From an uncultured Gemmatimonadales bacterium (lineage in GTDB: Bacteria; Gemmatimonadota; Gemmatimonadetes; Gemmatimonadales; GWC2-71-9): DNA of 64,000 nt. Under the pieces are notes generated by a model. The model saw nothing but the letters and a program-made list of their open reading frames with translations, searched no databases and had not been told where the DNA came from. The stretch covers positions 1,184,001 to 1,248,000 of the forward strand of contig CAVZZO010000001.1 of the NCBI GenBank assembly GCA_963779755.1, given 5' to 3'. Positions 1-9,578 of the stretch are shown piece after piece (position 1 is the stretch's first letter; each line of letters begins with the position of its first letter). Both the position numbers and the translations under genes were made by a program.

Positions 1-22
1 TCACTTCAAGCACATTAGCAGC

Positions 23-51
23 TTGACAAAAGCCCGGGCGGGTGGTACGCT
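23..51 (+). promoter_or_regulatory. sigma70-type promoter of the pil operon
   Basis: TTGACA (23-28), 17-bp spacer, TGn-extended TACGCT (46-51), 42 bp before the pilM ATG. Confidence 0.65.
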
Positions 52-93
52 AGCCTACCCATCTCTCCTCAATTCAGCGCGGTAGAACTCGGT

Positions 94-1137
94 ATGGCGC
101 TCTTCGGTCGCAAGCGGACCACGATCGGCCTGGATATCGGTAGTGGGCTTATCAAGCTCGCCGCCGTCACGCATGGGCCTGGGGGGCCGGAGCTCTCGAA
201 AGTGGCGTTCACCTCCGTGGTGGACGATGCCATTGTCGAGGGCGAAGTCATGGATACCGGGATCGTGGCCGACGCGATCCGCGGGCTCATCGCCAGTGCG
301 GGCCTCAAGGCCCGCTCGGTGGTGATTGCGGTGGGGGGCCGGGACGTGATCATCAAGAAGATCGCGATGGACCGGATGAAAGAGGCGGAGGCGCGGGAGG
401 TGATTCGCTGGGAAGCGGAGCAGCACGTGCCCTTCGACATGGAGAACGTGGAGCTGGACTTCCAGATCCTCGATCCCGAGGGCGACGGGCTGCAGATGAG
501 TGTGCTGCTGGTGGCCGCCAAGCGCGAGCTGGTGGAGAACAAGATGGCGCTGCTGGCTCAAGCCGGCCTGCAGCCCGCGGTCATCGATGTCGATGCGTTC
601 GCGCTGCACAATGCCTTCGAGTTGAATCATCCCGACGCCATGCGGGGTGTGGTGGGGCTGGTGAATATCGGGCACGAGACCACCAACGTGAACATTCTGG
701 AAGACGGCGTGCCGGTGCTGACCCGGGATCTCCCGGTGGGCACCCGCCGGTTCCGGGAGGATATGCAGCGGGAGCGGGGCCTCTCGGCCGATGAGGCCGA
801 CGCCATGCTTCAGGGGGTCGAGCGCACCGAGGCGCTGGAGCCCTTCCTCGAGACCCGGGGCGAGGAACTCGCCGTGGGGATCGAGCGGGCGGCCGCCTTC
901 CTGCAGAGCGCCAGTCGCTCGGCGGGCGGGATCAGCCGCCTCTTCACCACCGGCGGCGGGTCGCGTATTCCGGGGCTGAACCGGGCCCTGGCGGACCGGC
1001 TCCGCCTGCCGGTGCAACAGGCGAATCCGATGGAGCGGCTGGCGGTGTCGGAAAGCGTGCTGCATTCGCTGAATCTCGACGAGGTGGGGCCGCTTCTGAT
1101 GTTGCCGATCGGCCTCGCCCTTCGGTCCGCCGCGTAA
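94..1137 (+). CDS. pilM: Type IV pilus assembly protein PilM (actin/FtsA-like)
   Basis: GLDIGS N-terminal motif, EAEQHVPF, VNIGH, TGGGSRIPGL; first gene of a pilMNOPQ order. Confidence 0.95.
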   Translation: MALFGRKRTTIGLDIGSGLIKLAAVTHGPGGPELSKVAFTSVVDDAIVEGEVMDTGIVADAIRGLIASAGLKARSVVIAVGGRDVIIKKIAMDRMKEAEAREVIRWEAEQHVPFDMENVELDFQILDPEGDGLQMSVLLVAAKRELVENKMALLAQAGLQPAVIDVDAFALHNAFELNHPDAMRGVVGLVNIGHETTNVNILEDGVPVLTRDLPVGTRRFREDMQRERGLSADEADAMLQGVERTEALEPFLETRGEELAVGIERAAAFLQSASRSAGGISRLFTTGGGSRIPGLNRALADRLRLPVQQANPMERLAVSESVLHSLNLDEVGPLLMLPIGLALRSAA

Positions 1138-1162
1138 TCCCTACGGCAGAGGCCCACGTCGC

Positions 1163-1843
1163 ATGATCGAGATCAATCTCCTTCCCGGAGTCAAGCGCAA
1201 GCGCGCCGGCGGCGGCAAGACCGCCATGCTGGCCGGCCTGCGCGACATGGGCACGCGGGTGAAGGACCCGCTGCTGCTTACCGCCGTCGCGGTCTGGGTC
1301 GTGGTCCTGGCCTGGTTGGGCTGGGGCTTCCTCAGCAACGCGGCGCAGATGCATACCCTGAAGCCGCAGCTGGAGCAGGCTCGGCAGGAGAACCGCCGCT
1401 TCAAGGGGCTGCTCCAGCAAAAGCGCCGCACCGAGGCGATCCGCGATTCCCTGCTGGCCCAGATCGCGGTCATCCGCACGGTGGACGGCAACCGCTACAT
1501 CTGGCCCCATATCCTTGATGAGGTGGCCCGCGCTCTCCCGGCCTATACCTGGCTGACCCAGGTGGATGTGCTCAATGCGGCCGTTCCCGCGGATACCACC
1601 GACAGCACGGTCAGCCCCACGGTGGCCTTCCAGATCCAGGGACGGACCGTCGCGATTGAGTCCTACACCCGGTTCCTGCGCCAGCTGGAGGCCTCTCCCT
1701 GGATCTCCGACGTTACCGCCCTGGAGGCGAAGACGGTGGTAGAACAGGAACGTCCGGTGACCGCCTTCACCATCCAGGCAAAGTTCCAGCCGGCCGACTC
1801 GGCCTACATCCGGACCGTTCCCTTCAGCAAGTCGGTGAGGTAA
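1163..1843 (+). CDS. pilN: Type IV pilus assembly protein PilN
   Basis: MIEINLLP PilM-binding motif, single TM, coiled coil, LPAYTWLT. Confidence 0.92.
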   Translation: MIEINLLPGVKRKRAGGGKTAMLAGLRDMGTRVKDPLLLTAVAVWVVVLAWLGWGFLSNAAQMHTLKPQLEQARQENRRFKGLLQQKRRTEAIRDSLLAQIAVIRTVDGNRYIWPHILDEVARALPAYTWLTQVDVLNAAVPADTTDSTVSPTVAFQIQGRTVAIESYTRFLRQLEASPWISDVTALEAKTVVEQERPVTAFTIQAKFQPADSAYIRTVPFSKSVR

Positions 1844-1846
1844 GCC

Positions 1847-2479
1847 ATGGCACTGTTCGGGATACAGCGGCCCACGCCGGTCCTCGCCATCGTCCTGGCG
1901 GCGATCGCCGGGTATATCGGATACACCGGCGATGTCATTTCTTCGCTGGGGATGAACGGGATCAAGCAACAGGACCAGGAGATCGACCAGACGCGGCAGG
2001 AAATCGCGCTGCTCGAAGCGCAGACCGATACTGCCCGCCGCGAACTCGCCCAGGGCACCATGGCCGATCTGCAGCAGCGCCTGGAGAACTACCGCGCCAG
2101 CCTGTCGCTGATGCGACGCCTCGTACCCGAGCGGAACGAAGTCCCCAACCTGCTCGACGCCATGTCCAGCCGGGCACGGATCCGCGGCGTCACCCTCTCC
2201 CAGATTGCGCCGCTGCCGGATGAGGCCGGTCCGGGGCCGTTCGTGACCAAGAAATACCAGGTGTCTGTCCTGGGACGCTATGACCAGGTCGGCGAATTCC
2301 TGGCGGACGTCGCCAGCCTGCAGCGGATCATCGTGCCGTCGAATGTCACGGTGCAGGCCGCCAGCATGACCGCGGCCAAGGCGCTGGGCGACACGACGGG
2401 CGCCATGCTGGAAGCCAAGTTCCAGATGAAAACCTTCGTGAAGACGCCCAACCCGGAGGAGGCAGCCAGTGGCGCATAA
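1847..2479 (+). CDS. pilO: Type IV pilus assembly protein PilO
   Basis: N-terminal TM, coiled coil, LVPERNEVPNLL, GRYDQVGEFLADVASLQRI; operon position. Confidence 0.9.
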   Translation: MALFGIQRPTPVLAIVLAAIAGYIGYTGDVISSLGMNGIKQQDQEIDQTRQEIALLEAQTDTARRELAQGTMADLQQRLENYRASLSLMRRLVPERNEVPNLLDAMSSRARIRGVTLSQIAPLPDEAGPGPFVTKKYQVSVLGRYDQVGEFLADVASLQRIIVPSNVTVQAASMTAAKALGDTTGAMLEAKFQMKTFVKTPNPEEAASGA

Positions 2480-3311
2480 GCTCCTGACCGCCTGCCTGCT
2501 CCTGGGCCTCGCCGCCGCCGGCTGCGGGAAGAAGGACCAGGCCGCGAACGAATCGGTCGACCTGGCCGCCCTCCGCGCGCGGCGCGACAGCATTCAACTG
2601 GCGCGGCAGCGGGCCGACTCGGTGGCGCGGGTGCGCTATCAGGCCTGCAGCGACTCCGTCACCGCCGAGCTCAAGAAGACCTCGGCAGGACGACGGAAGC
2701 TGGCGGCCAAACGCCCGGCCGGCACCGCGCTCCCCGAGCTCGAGGCTGCCTGCGGCACCCCGCCGGCCCCGGCGGCGTCGGATACGTCCGCCTCCCCGCA
2801 GGTCACTGCGGCCACGCGCGACACCAGTACGGCGGCTCCGCCCGCGGCGGCCGCGGCCCCGGCCACGAACTCCGCGGCCAGTGTCCCCGCGCCCCCCGAT
2901 ACGGCGGCTGCGCAGCCGGCCCGCCCGGCCCAGGCGGCCCGGGATTCGCTGGCCCGGCAGGATTCGCTGAGCCGCACGCGGGAAACCGAGATCCAGCGCG
3001 AAACCTTCTCCTACAGCGGCGGCAACCGCGACCCGTTCGTGTCGCTCATCAACCTGCCCAAACTGGGGCCGGATTTCGTGGACCTGCAGCTGGTGGCCAT
3101 CTACCAGGATCTCCGCTACGGCCGGAACAGCGTCGCAGTCATCCGGGACAAGGACACCAAGAAACGCTATAACGTGCGGGTGGGAGACCAGATCGGGCGC
3201 ATGAAGATCGCCCAGATCCGGCAGCGCGACGTGGTACTCACCATCGAGGATCTGGGCTTCGAGCGTCAGGAGACGCTTTCGCTTCGCAAGCGGGAGGAAG
3301 ACACGCCATGA
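2469..3311 (+). CDS. PilP-like lipoprotein with long Ala/Pro/Thr-rich linker
   Basis: lipobox LAAAGC, RDPF motif and C-terminal beta-rich PilP-like domain; located between pilO and pilQ. Confidence 0.7.
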   Translation: MAHKLLTACLLLGLAAAGCGKKDQAANESVDLAALRARRDSIQLARQRADSVARVRYQACSDSVTAELKKTSAGRRKLAAKRPAGTALPELEAACGTPPAPAASDTSASPQVTAATRDTSTAAPPAAAAAPATNSAASVPAPPDTAAAQPARPAQAARDSLARQDSLSRTRETEIQRETFSYSGGNRDPFVSLINLPKLGPDFVDLQLVAIYQDLRYGRNSVAVIRDKDTKKRYNVRVGDQIGRMKIAQIRQRDVVLTIEDLGFERQETLSLRKREEDTP

Positions 3312-5080
3312 GCCGTACCCGAACCGTCCTGACTGCCCTGGCCGCCCTGGCCCTGGCCCTGGTGGCCCGTCCGGCCATCGCGGCCGGTCCGACCGGTGGC
3401 GAAGTCACCGCGGTCAGCGTCGTCCCCACGCCGGGGCACGCACAGGTCCTCATCAATGTCCAGGGGGCGGTCGAGGTCTCGGACTTCGTCCTGGCCAATC
3501 CCGCCCGGCTGGTCATCGATATCCAGAACGCCCGGTTGTCCGACGCGGGCGGCGTCTATGACGGCGTCGCGCGGGCCGGCATCCTCAACGTGCGGATGGG
3601 CCAGTTCCAGCCCAACGTCGTCCGGGTGGTGCTCGATCTCGCCCAGCTCAAGCCCTATACCCTCGAGCGCGAGGACGACGGGAGCATCCGGGTGTCCTTC
3701 GGCGCCGACGAGTCGTTCCTGACGTGGTCCTCCGTCGCCCCGCGCGACGCCGCGGCGCCGCGCGAGCCCGCCCCCCGCCGGCCCGAGGTCGTGCCGGTGA
3801 GCACGGCGCCTCACGCCGCTCAGCAGCAGCAGGAGCCCCGGATCACGGTGACCTGGGATAACGCGGATATCGCCGACGTGATCGCCGGATTCGCCGTGCT
3901 GAGCGGGCGGACCATCATCCTGGGCAAGGACATCAAGGGCACGGTCAACGCCGAGGTCAAGAACCAGCCCTGGCAGGAGGCGTTCTATGCCATTCTGACC
4001 TCCCAGGGTCTCTCCGCCACGGAGTTGCCGGGCGGCATCATCCGGGTGGACTCCCCCCAGGCTCTGGCCCAGCTGGATTCGCTGGAGCCGCTGGAGACCC
4101 GGGTCGTCCGCGTGAACTACGCCCGCGCCGACGGGCTGGCCAAGAGCATCGCGGGCATCCTGACCGCCAAGCGCGGGTCCGTGGTGTCCGATACCGCCAC
4201 CAACTCGCTCATCATCACCGACACCCGCTCGCGGTTGCCGGAGGTGGTGAAGTTCGCCCAGAGCCTGGACGTGCGGATTCCCACGGTGTCCATCCAGGCC
4301 AAGATCGTCTTCGTGGATCGCACCGACCTGCAGCAACTCGGGTTGCAGTACGACCTGGGCAGCGGTAGCCAGTTCTTCAACAAGCTGGTGCAGCGGGTTG
4401 ACCCTGCCACGGGCGACGCTTTCGACAAGAACACGAATGTCATCAACCTGGGCGGCAACAGCGTCTCGGCCATCGCCAACGCCGACGCCACCATTACCGG
4501 CCCCGCGCTCAACCTGGTCTGGTCGACGGCGCTGGGCGGCTTCTCGCTCACCAGCTTCCTCCAGGCGCTGCAGCGGGTAGACCTGGCCGACGTGCAGGCC
4601 GAGCCCCAGATCTCCACCCTGGACAACCAGAAGGCCGACCTGCTGGTCGGTGAAGAAACGCCGGTCCGGGTGATCGACGTGAGCGCGCCCCAGACCGGCG
4701 GCGCCGCCCCGCGGGCCACGGTCCAGTTCAAGGAGACCGGCATCCGGCTGACGGTGACGCCGCACGTCACCAACAACCGGCAGATCCTGATGGAGCTGCA
4801 CACCGAGCGCTCGGCCGTGCAGACGGTATCAGCGGCCGACCTGGGCTACAACTTCGCCAAGCAGACCGCCGACAACCGGCTGCTGGTGAACGACGGCGAG
4901 ACCTCGGTCATCGGCGGCCTGACCGTCACCGAGGTGACCCGGAGCCGCTCCGGCATTCCGCTGCTGGTGGACTTGCCGGTGATCGGCAAGCTGTTCGGGT
5001 TCTCCAGTGACCAGGAGCGCCGGCGCGATCTGATCATCCTGGTAACGCCACATATCGTGGACGATACCGCTACGCCCTGA
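3308..5080 (+). CDS. pilQ: Type IV pilus secretin PilQ (AMIN + secretin domains)
   Basis: signal peptide, AMIN-like NPARLVIDI, secretin GIPLLVDLPVIGKLF...LIILVTPHI. Confidence 0.95.
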   Translation: MSRTRTVLTALAALALALVARPAIAAGPTGGEVTAVSVVPTPGHAQVLINVQGAVEVSDFVLANPARLVIDIQNARLSDAGGVYDGVARAGILNVRMGQFQPNVVRVVLDLAQLKPYTLEREDDGSIRVSFGADESFLTWSSVAPRDAAAPREPAPRRPEVVPVSTAPHAAQQQQEPRITVTWDNADIADVIAGFAVLSGRTIILGKDIKGTVNAEVKNQPWQEAFYAILTSQGLSATELPGGIIRVDSPQALAQLDSLEPLETRVVRVNYARADGLAKSIAGILTAKRGSVVSDTATNSLIITDTRSRLPEVVKFAQSLDVRIPTVSIQAKIVFVDRTDLQQLGLQYDLGSGSQFFNKLVQRVDPATGDAFDKNTNVINLGGNSVSAIANADATITGPALNLVWSTALGGFSLTSFLQALQRVDLADVQAEPQISTLDNQKADLLVGEETPVRVIDVSAPQTGGAAPRATVQFKETGIRLTVTPHVTNNRQILMELHTERSAVQTVSAADLGYNFAKQTADNRLLVNDGETSVIGGLTVTEVTRSRSGIPLLVDLPVIGKLFGFSSDQERRRDLIILVTPHIVDDTATP

Positions 5081-5105
5081 AGCGGCGGACCAGAACTCGA
5101 GAGGA

Positions 5106-5142
5106 CACGGCGAGCCCGGCATAATGTCGGGCTCGCTGTTTT
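5106..5142 (+). terminator. Rho-independent terminator after pilQ
   Basis: stem CGGCGAGCCCGGCAT / ATGTCGGGCTCGCTG followed by a T run. Confidence 0.75.
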
Positions 5143-5147
5143 GGGGA

Positions 5148-5285
5148 TTCAGGAGCCAGGGGTCAGGAGTCAGGAATCAGGATTCAGGGGGTAGACCCCT
5201 TAGGTTTCCCCCCAACCGGGGTGAGTGGGGTCCCTGACTCCTGACTCCCGAATCTTCACCCCCTGGTCCCTGATCCCTGGTTCCT
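5148..5285. repeat. Heptamer tandem repeats (TCAGGAG-like) with inverted copy
   Basis: tcaggag/tcaggaa units at 5149-5190 and complementary cctgact/cctggtc units at 5232-5285. Confidence 0.7.
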
Positions 5286-5286
5286 C

Positions 5287-6528
5287 ATGCCCCTGCGGTA
5301 TCTCACAGCCGGCGAATCCCACGGGAAGGCCCTCCTCGCCATCGTGGAGGGGCTGCCAGCAGGCCTGCCGGTGTCGGCTGAGGCCGTGGACCACGAACTG
5401 TCGCGCCGGATGCAGGGGTACGGACGGGGCGCCCGGATGAAGATCGAACACGACCGGGTGGAGTTCCTGGCCGGTATCCGCAGCGGAGAGACGCTGGGAT
5501 CGCCGGTGGCGCTCCAGGTGCCCAACCTGGACTGGGACCACTGGCGCGATGTCATGGCCGCCGAGGGAATTCCGGGTGAGGAGCGGCGGCGGCGGGTTCT
5601 CCGTCCCCGGCCCGGTCACGCCGATCTGGCCGGCGCGCTCAAGTACGGCCGGGCCGATGCCCGGGACATTCTGGAGCGGGCCAGCGCTCGGGAGACGGCG
5701 GCCCGGGTGGCGGCGGGCGCGCTGGCGCGACTGCTGCTCGGCGCGTTTGATGTGGAGATCGGCAGCCACGTGGTCGCCATCGGCGGGATCGAAGCCGTCC
5801 CCCCGGCCCCGTTGCCGGCGCCGCTCAATCCCGCCGCCGATGCCTCCCCGGTCCGGATGCTCGACCCGGAGGCCGAGGCGCTGATAATTGCCAGGATCGA
5901 CGCGGCCCAGTCGGCGGGTGATACCCTGGGCGGCGTGGTGGAGGTGGTGGTCCGGGGGCTGGTCACGGGACTGGGCAGCCACGTGCACTGGGATCGGAAA
6001 CTGGACGGCCGGCTGGCCGCGGTGCTCATGTCGCTGCCGGCGGTGAAGGGGGTGGAGATCGGACTGGGGTTCCGGGGCGCGGGCCGCCCGGGGTCGGAGG
6101 TGCACGACCCCATCGAGCGGGATGAGGCGCCCGTGGCCCGGGCCCGGGGCGGGTATCACCGGGCCCGGAATAATGCCGGGGGGCTGGAGGGCGGCATGAC
6201 CACTGGCGAGCCGCTGGTCGTGCGCCTCGCCATGAAGCCGATTTCCACCCTCATGGCTCCGCTCCCGACGGTCCGGCTCGATACCGGCGAGCCGGCGCAG
6301 GCGCAGAGCGAGCGATCCGACATCACGGCCGTTCCGGCCCTGGGTGTGATCGCGGAGGCGGCCGTCGCGCTGGTGCTGGCCGATGCCATGCTCGAGAAGT
6401 TCGGAGGCGACTCCCTGCCCGAAATGCGCCGCAACGTGGCAGGGTATCTGGAGACACTCGCCGGAAACCGCAGGCCGGAACAGGAGCCCGGGCGCAGCCC
6501 CCGGACGCCGGTGGAGAAGACGCAATGA
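5287..6528 (+). CDS. aroC: Chorismate synthase
   Basis: TAGESHG, PRPGHAD, ERASARETA, GGLEGGMT, MKPIST, RSD motifs. Confidence 0.97.
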   Translation: MPLRYLTAGESHGKALLAIVEGLPAGLPVSAEAVDHELSRRMQGYGRGARMKIEHDRVEFLAGIRSGETLGSPVALQVPNLDWDHWRDVMAAEGIPGEERRRRVLRPRPGHADLAGALKYGRADARDILERASARETAARVAAGALARLLLGAFDVEIGSHVVAIGGIEAVPPAPLPAPLNPAADASPVRMLDPEAEALIIARIDAAQSAGDTLGGVVEVVVRGLVTGLGSHVHWDRKLDGRLAAVLMSLPAVKGVEIGLGFRGAGRPGSEVHDPIERDEAPVARARGGYHRARNNAGGLEGGMTTGEPLVVRLAMKPISTLMAPLPTVRLDTGEPAQAQSERSDITAVPALGVIAEAAVALVLADAMLEKFGGDSLPEMRRNVAGYLETLAGNRRPEQEPGRSPRTPVEKTQ

Positions 6529-7046
6529 GTCAACGACATATCCTGCTGGTTGGATTGCCGGGGTCCGGCAAGACCACCCTCGGGCGGCTGGTGGCCGAGG
6601 CCCTCGGGGCCGGCTTCGTAGACAGCGACCAGATCCTCGTCCGGAAGATGCAGATGCCGATAAGCCGGATTTTCGGCGAGTACGGCGAGCCCAGGTTCCG
6701 GGAACTGGAGCGGGAGGTCATGGATGGAGCCTTGGCGGGGCCGCCCTCGGTCATCGCTCCGGGCGGGGGCTGGGTGGCTCAGCCGGGGTGCCTGGAGCAG
6801 GCAAAGACCAGCAGCCTTATCCTTTATATCAAGGTGATGGTCGTGAGCGCGGCCAACCGGGTCGGCAACGACACCGGCCGTCCCCTGCTCATGGCGGAGG
6901 ATCCGGTCGCGCGGATGCGGTCCCTGCTGCAGGAGCGGGAGAGCTTCTTCCAGCAGGCGGATGCGGAAATCAAGAACGACACCAAGACCCCCGAAGCTGC
7001 TGCCGGCGAGATCGTTGCTCTGGCCCGGGAGCGGGGTGGCTGGTAG
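6525..7046 (+). CDS. aroK: Shikimate kinase
   Basis: P-loop GLPGSGKT, GEPRFRELE, GGG, RPLL; overlaps the aroC stop (ATGA). Confidence 0.93.
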   Translation: MSQRHILLVGLPGSGKTTLGRLVAEALGAGFVDSDQILVRKMQMPISRIFGEYGEPRFRELEREVMDGALAGPPSVIAPGGGWVAQPGCLEQAKTSSLILYIKVMVVSAANRVGNDTGRPLLMAEDPVARMRSLLQERESFFQQADAEIKNDTKTPEAAAGEIVALARERGGW

Positions 7047-7205
7047 CCGATCGCTTCCCTAACACATTGTCAAAGAATAACTTGGCGGCCTCCTGCTTGC
7101 CGGGGGGTTGCCTACGGCGTTTTCTTGTAGCGTCGCCGGGTTGAGGGAGATCTGCGCCTGGCGGGTACATTGGACTGCAGAGCACGCAGGTACTTCTGGA
7201 GAATC

Positions 7206-9578
7206 ATGGCACGTACCAAAGCGAAGGGCACCACCAAAACAACCAGGAAGAAGGCAGCCCGGAGTTCCGCCAAAGGGGGCGGGACCGCCAAGCCCCGGGC
7301 TCGCCGCTCCGACGGCCAGGAGTCCCGGAACGGGGGCGGTCTGGTCATTGTCGAGTCGCCCACCAAGGCCCGGACCATCGGCCGCTACCTGGGGAGCGGC
7401 TACGACGTGAAGGCCACGGTAGGCCACGTCCGCGACCTGCCCACCCGGGAGCTGGGGGTGGACGTCGAGGCCGGCTTCGAGCCCAAGTACGTCACCATCA
7501 AGGGCAAGGCGAAGACGCTCTCGGAGATCAAGAAAGCGGCAAAGAAGGCGGGCGCCATCTTCCTGGCGACCGACCCGGACCGCGAGGGCGAAGCCATCGC
7601 GTGGCACGTGGCCGGCCAGCTGGAAACCGACGCGCCGGTCCGCCGGGTGTTGTTCGAGGAGATCACCAAGGGGGCGGTGCAGGCCGCCATGGATCGCCCC
7701 ACCAAGATCGACGACAAGAAGGTGGAGGCGCAGCAGGCGCGGCGCATCCTCGATCGCCTGGTGGGCTACAAGGCCAGTCCCATTCTCTGGAAGGCGATCC
7801 GCACCGGGCTCTCGGCCGGACGGGTCCAGACCGTCGCGCTGCGGCTCCTGGTGGAGCGGGAGCGCGAGATCCGCGCCTTCGTGCCGCAGGAGTACTGGAG
7901 CATCGAGGCGCTCTGCGCGCGCAGCAACCGGGAGTTCGAGGCCTCGCTGGTCCGGCTCGATGGTCACAAGCCCCAGCTCCACAGCGCCGAAGAGGCCGAG
8001 GAAGTCGTGGCCGCGGTACGGGAGCGCCCCTTCATCGTCTCCCGGGTGGAGAAAAAGCAGCGGCGCAAGCGGCCCAATGCGCCCTTCACCACCAGCACGC
8101 TGCAGCAGGAGGCGGCCAAGAAGCTGGGGTTCTCCTCCCGCCGCACCATGCGCACGGCCCAGGATCTCTACGAAGGCATCGACGTCGGCGAGGATGCCCC
8201 GGTGGGCCTCATTACGTACATGCGTACCGACTCGGTGCGCGTGTCGGAGACCGCCGTCGCGGCCGCGCGGGACTACATCGAGCGGCAGTACGGCAAGAAA
8301 TACCGGCCCGACGCGCCTAACACCTATACCAGCAAGGCGGCGCGGGTGCAGGACGCCCATGAGGCCATCCGGCCCACCGACGTGTTGCGCACGCCGGAAC
8401 AGGTCGAGCGGTATCTGGAGAAGGACCAGTTCCGGCTCTACCAGCTCATCTGGCAGCGCTTCATCGCGTCGCAGATGATGCCGGCGATCTACGACATGAC
8501 GATCGTGGAGTTCGATCTGGGCCGTTACCTCTTCCGGGCCACCGGCTCGGTGCCCGTGTTCGACGGCTACCACAAGGTTTATCTGGAGGGGCGGGAGGCC
8601 GGGGAAGGGAAGAGCATCGACGACCTCAAGGAGATCCCCGACCTCCAGGAGGGCGACCAGGTGGATCTCCGCTCGGTCACGCCGAACCAGCATTTCACCC
8701 AGCCGCCCCCGCGCTATTCCGAGGCCAGCCTGGTGAAGGAGCTCGAGCGGCTCGGCATCGGCCGCCCGTCGACCTACAGCTCCATCATCGGTACGCTGCA
8801 GGCGCGCGAATACGTCCGGATAGACCAGCGGCGCTTCTTTCCGACCGAGCTGGGCGAGACGGTCGAAAAGGTCATGGTGGGCAAGTTCCCCGACATCTTC
8901 AACGTCGAGTTCACGTCCGAAATGGAGAACGAGCTGGACCGGGTGGAAGAGTCGGAGCTGGAATGGCGCGAGGTGCTCAAGCGGTTCTACCAGCCGTTCA
9001 CCCGGGCACTGGAGTCGATCGACATCAACGCTCTGGTCATGGAAGCCCACGGCCTGGAAGATCTGAAGGACGAAAAGTGCCCCGAGTGCGGGTCACAGGT
9101 GATCCTGCGCACCGGCCGGTTCGGGCCGTTCCTCGCCTGCAGCCGGTATCCGGACGAGTGCAAGTACACCAAGCCGCTGCGCAAGCACAAAGTGCCCGAC
9201 CGCCCGTCCGAAGAAAAGTGCCATCTCTGCGGCGCAGCCATGGTGATCAAGACCGGGCGCTTCGGCGAGTTCCTGGCCTGTACCCGTTATCCCGAATGCA
9301 AGGGAACCCGCTCGATCCCGCTGGGCATCAAGTGCCCCAAGTGCGACGTGGGCGACCTGACCGCCCGGCGGACCAAGCGGGGCAAGTCCTTCTGGGGCTG
9401 CATGCGCTATCCCGATTGCGACTTCTCCACCTGGAACAAGCCCGTGCCCGAGACCTGTCCCGCCTGCGGCTGGGTGGGCATGGAGCTGAAAACCAGCAAG
9501 ACGCAGGGCAACGCGCTCACCTGCCTCAAGTGCGGGCACCGGGTGGAGCAGGATTCCGGGGAGGCGGCCCTGACGTGA
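7206..9578 (+). CDS. topA: DNA topoisomerase I with C-terminal zinc ribbons
   Basis: IVESPTKA, ATDPDREGEAIAWH, SAGRVQT, ITYMRTDS, GIGRPSTY, repeated CxxC ribbons; ATG 7206 chosen as start. Confidence 0.97.
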   Translation: MARTKAKGTTKTTRKKAARSSAKGGGTAKPRARRSDGQESRNGGGLVIVESPTKARTIGRYLGSGYDVKATVGHVRDLPTRELGVDVEAGFEPKYVTIKGKAKTLSEIKKAAKKAGAIFLATDPDREGEAIAWHVAGQLETDAPVRRVLFEEITKGAVQAAMDRPTKIDDKKVEAQQARRILDRLVGYKASPILWKAIRTGLSAGRVQTVALRLLVEREREIRAFVPQEYWSIEALCARSNREFEASLVRLDGHKPQLHSAEEAEEVVAAVRERPFIVSRVEKKQRRKRPNAPFTTSTLQQEAAKKLGFSSRRTMRTAQDLYEGIDVGEDAPVGLITYMRTDSVRVSETAVAAARDYIERQYGKKYRPDAPNTYTSKAARVQDAHEAIRPTDVLRTPEQVERYLEKDQFRLYQLIWQRFIASQMMPAIYDMTIVEFDLGRYLFRATGSVPVFDGYHKVYLEGREAGEGKSIDDLKEIPDLQEGDQVDLRSVTPNQHFTQPPPRYSEASLVKELERLGIGRPSTYSSIIGTLQAREYVRIDQRRFFPTELGETVEKVMVGKFPDIFNVEFTSEMENELDRVEESELEWREVLKRFYQPFTRALESIDINALVMEAHGLEDLKDEKCPECGSQVILRTGRFGPFLACSRYPDECKYTKPLRKHKVPDRPSEEKCHLCGAAMVIKTGRFGEFLACTRYPECKGTRSIPLGIKCPKCDVGDLTARRTKRGKSFWGCMRYPDCDFSTWNKPVPETCPACGWVGMELKTSKTQGNALTCLKCGHRVEQDSGEAALT

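Noticed and set aside
7086..7101. GG-N10-GC motif upstream of topA
   Set aside because: Weak half sites (GGCC, TTGCC); likely chance at this GC content.
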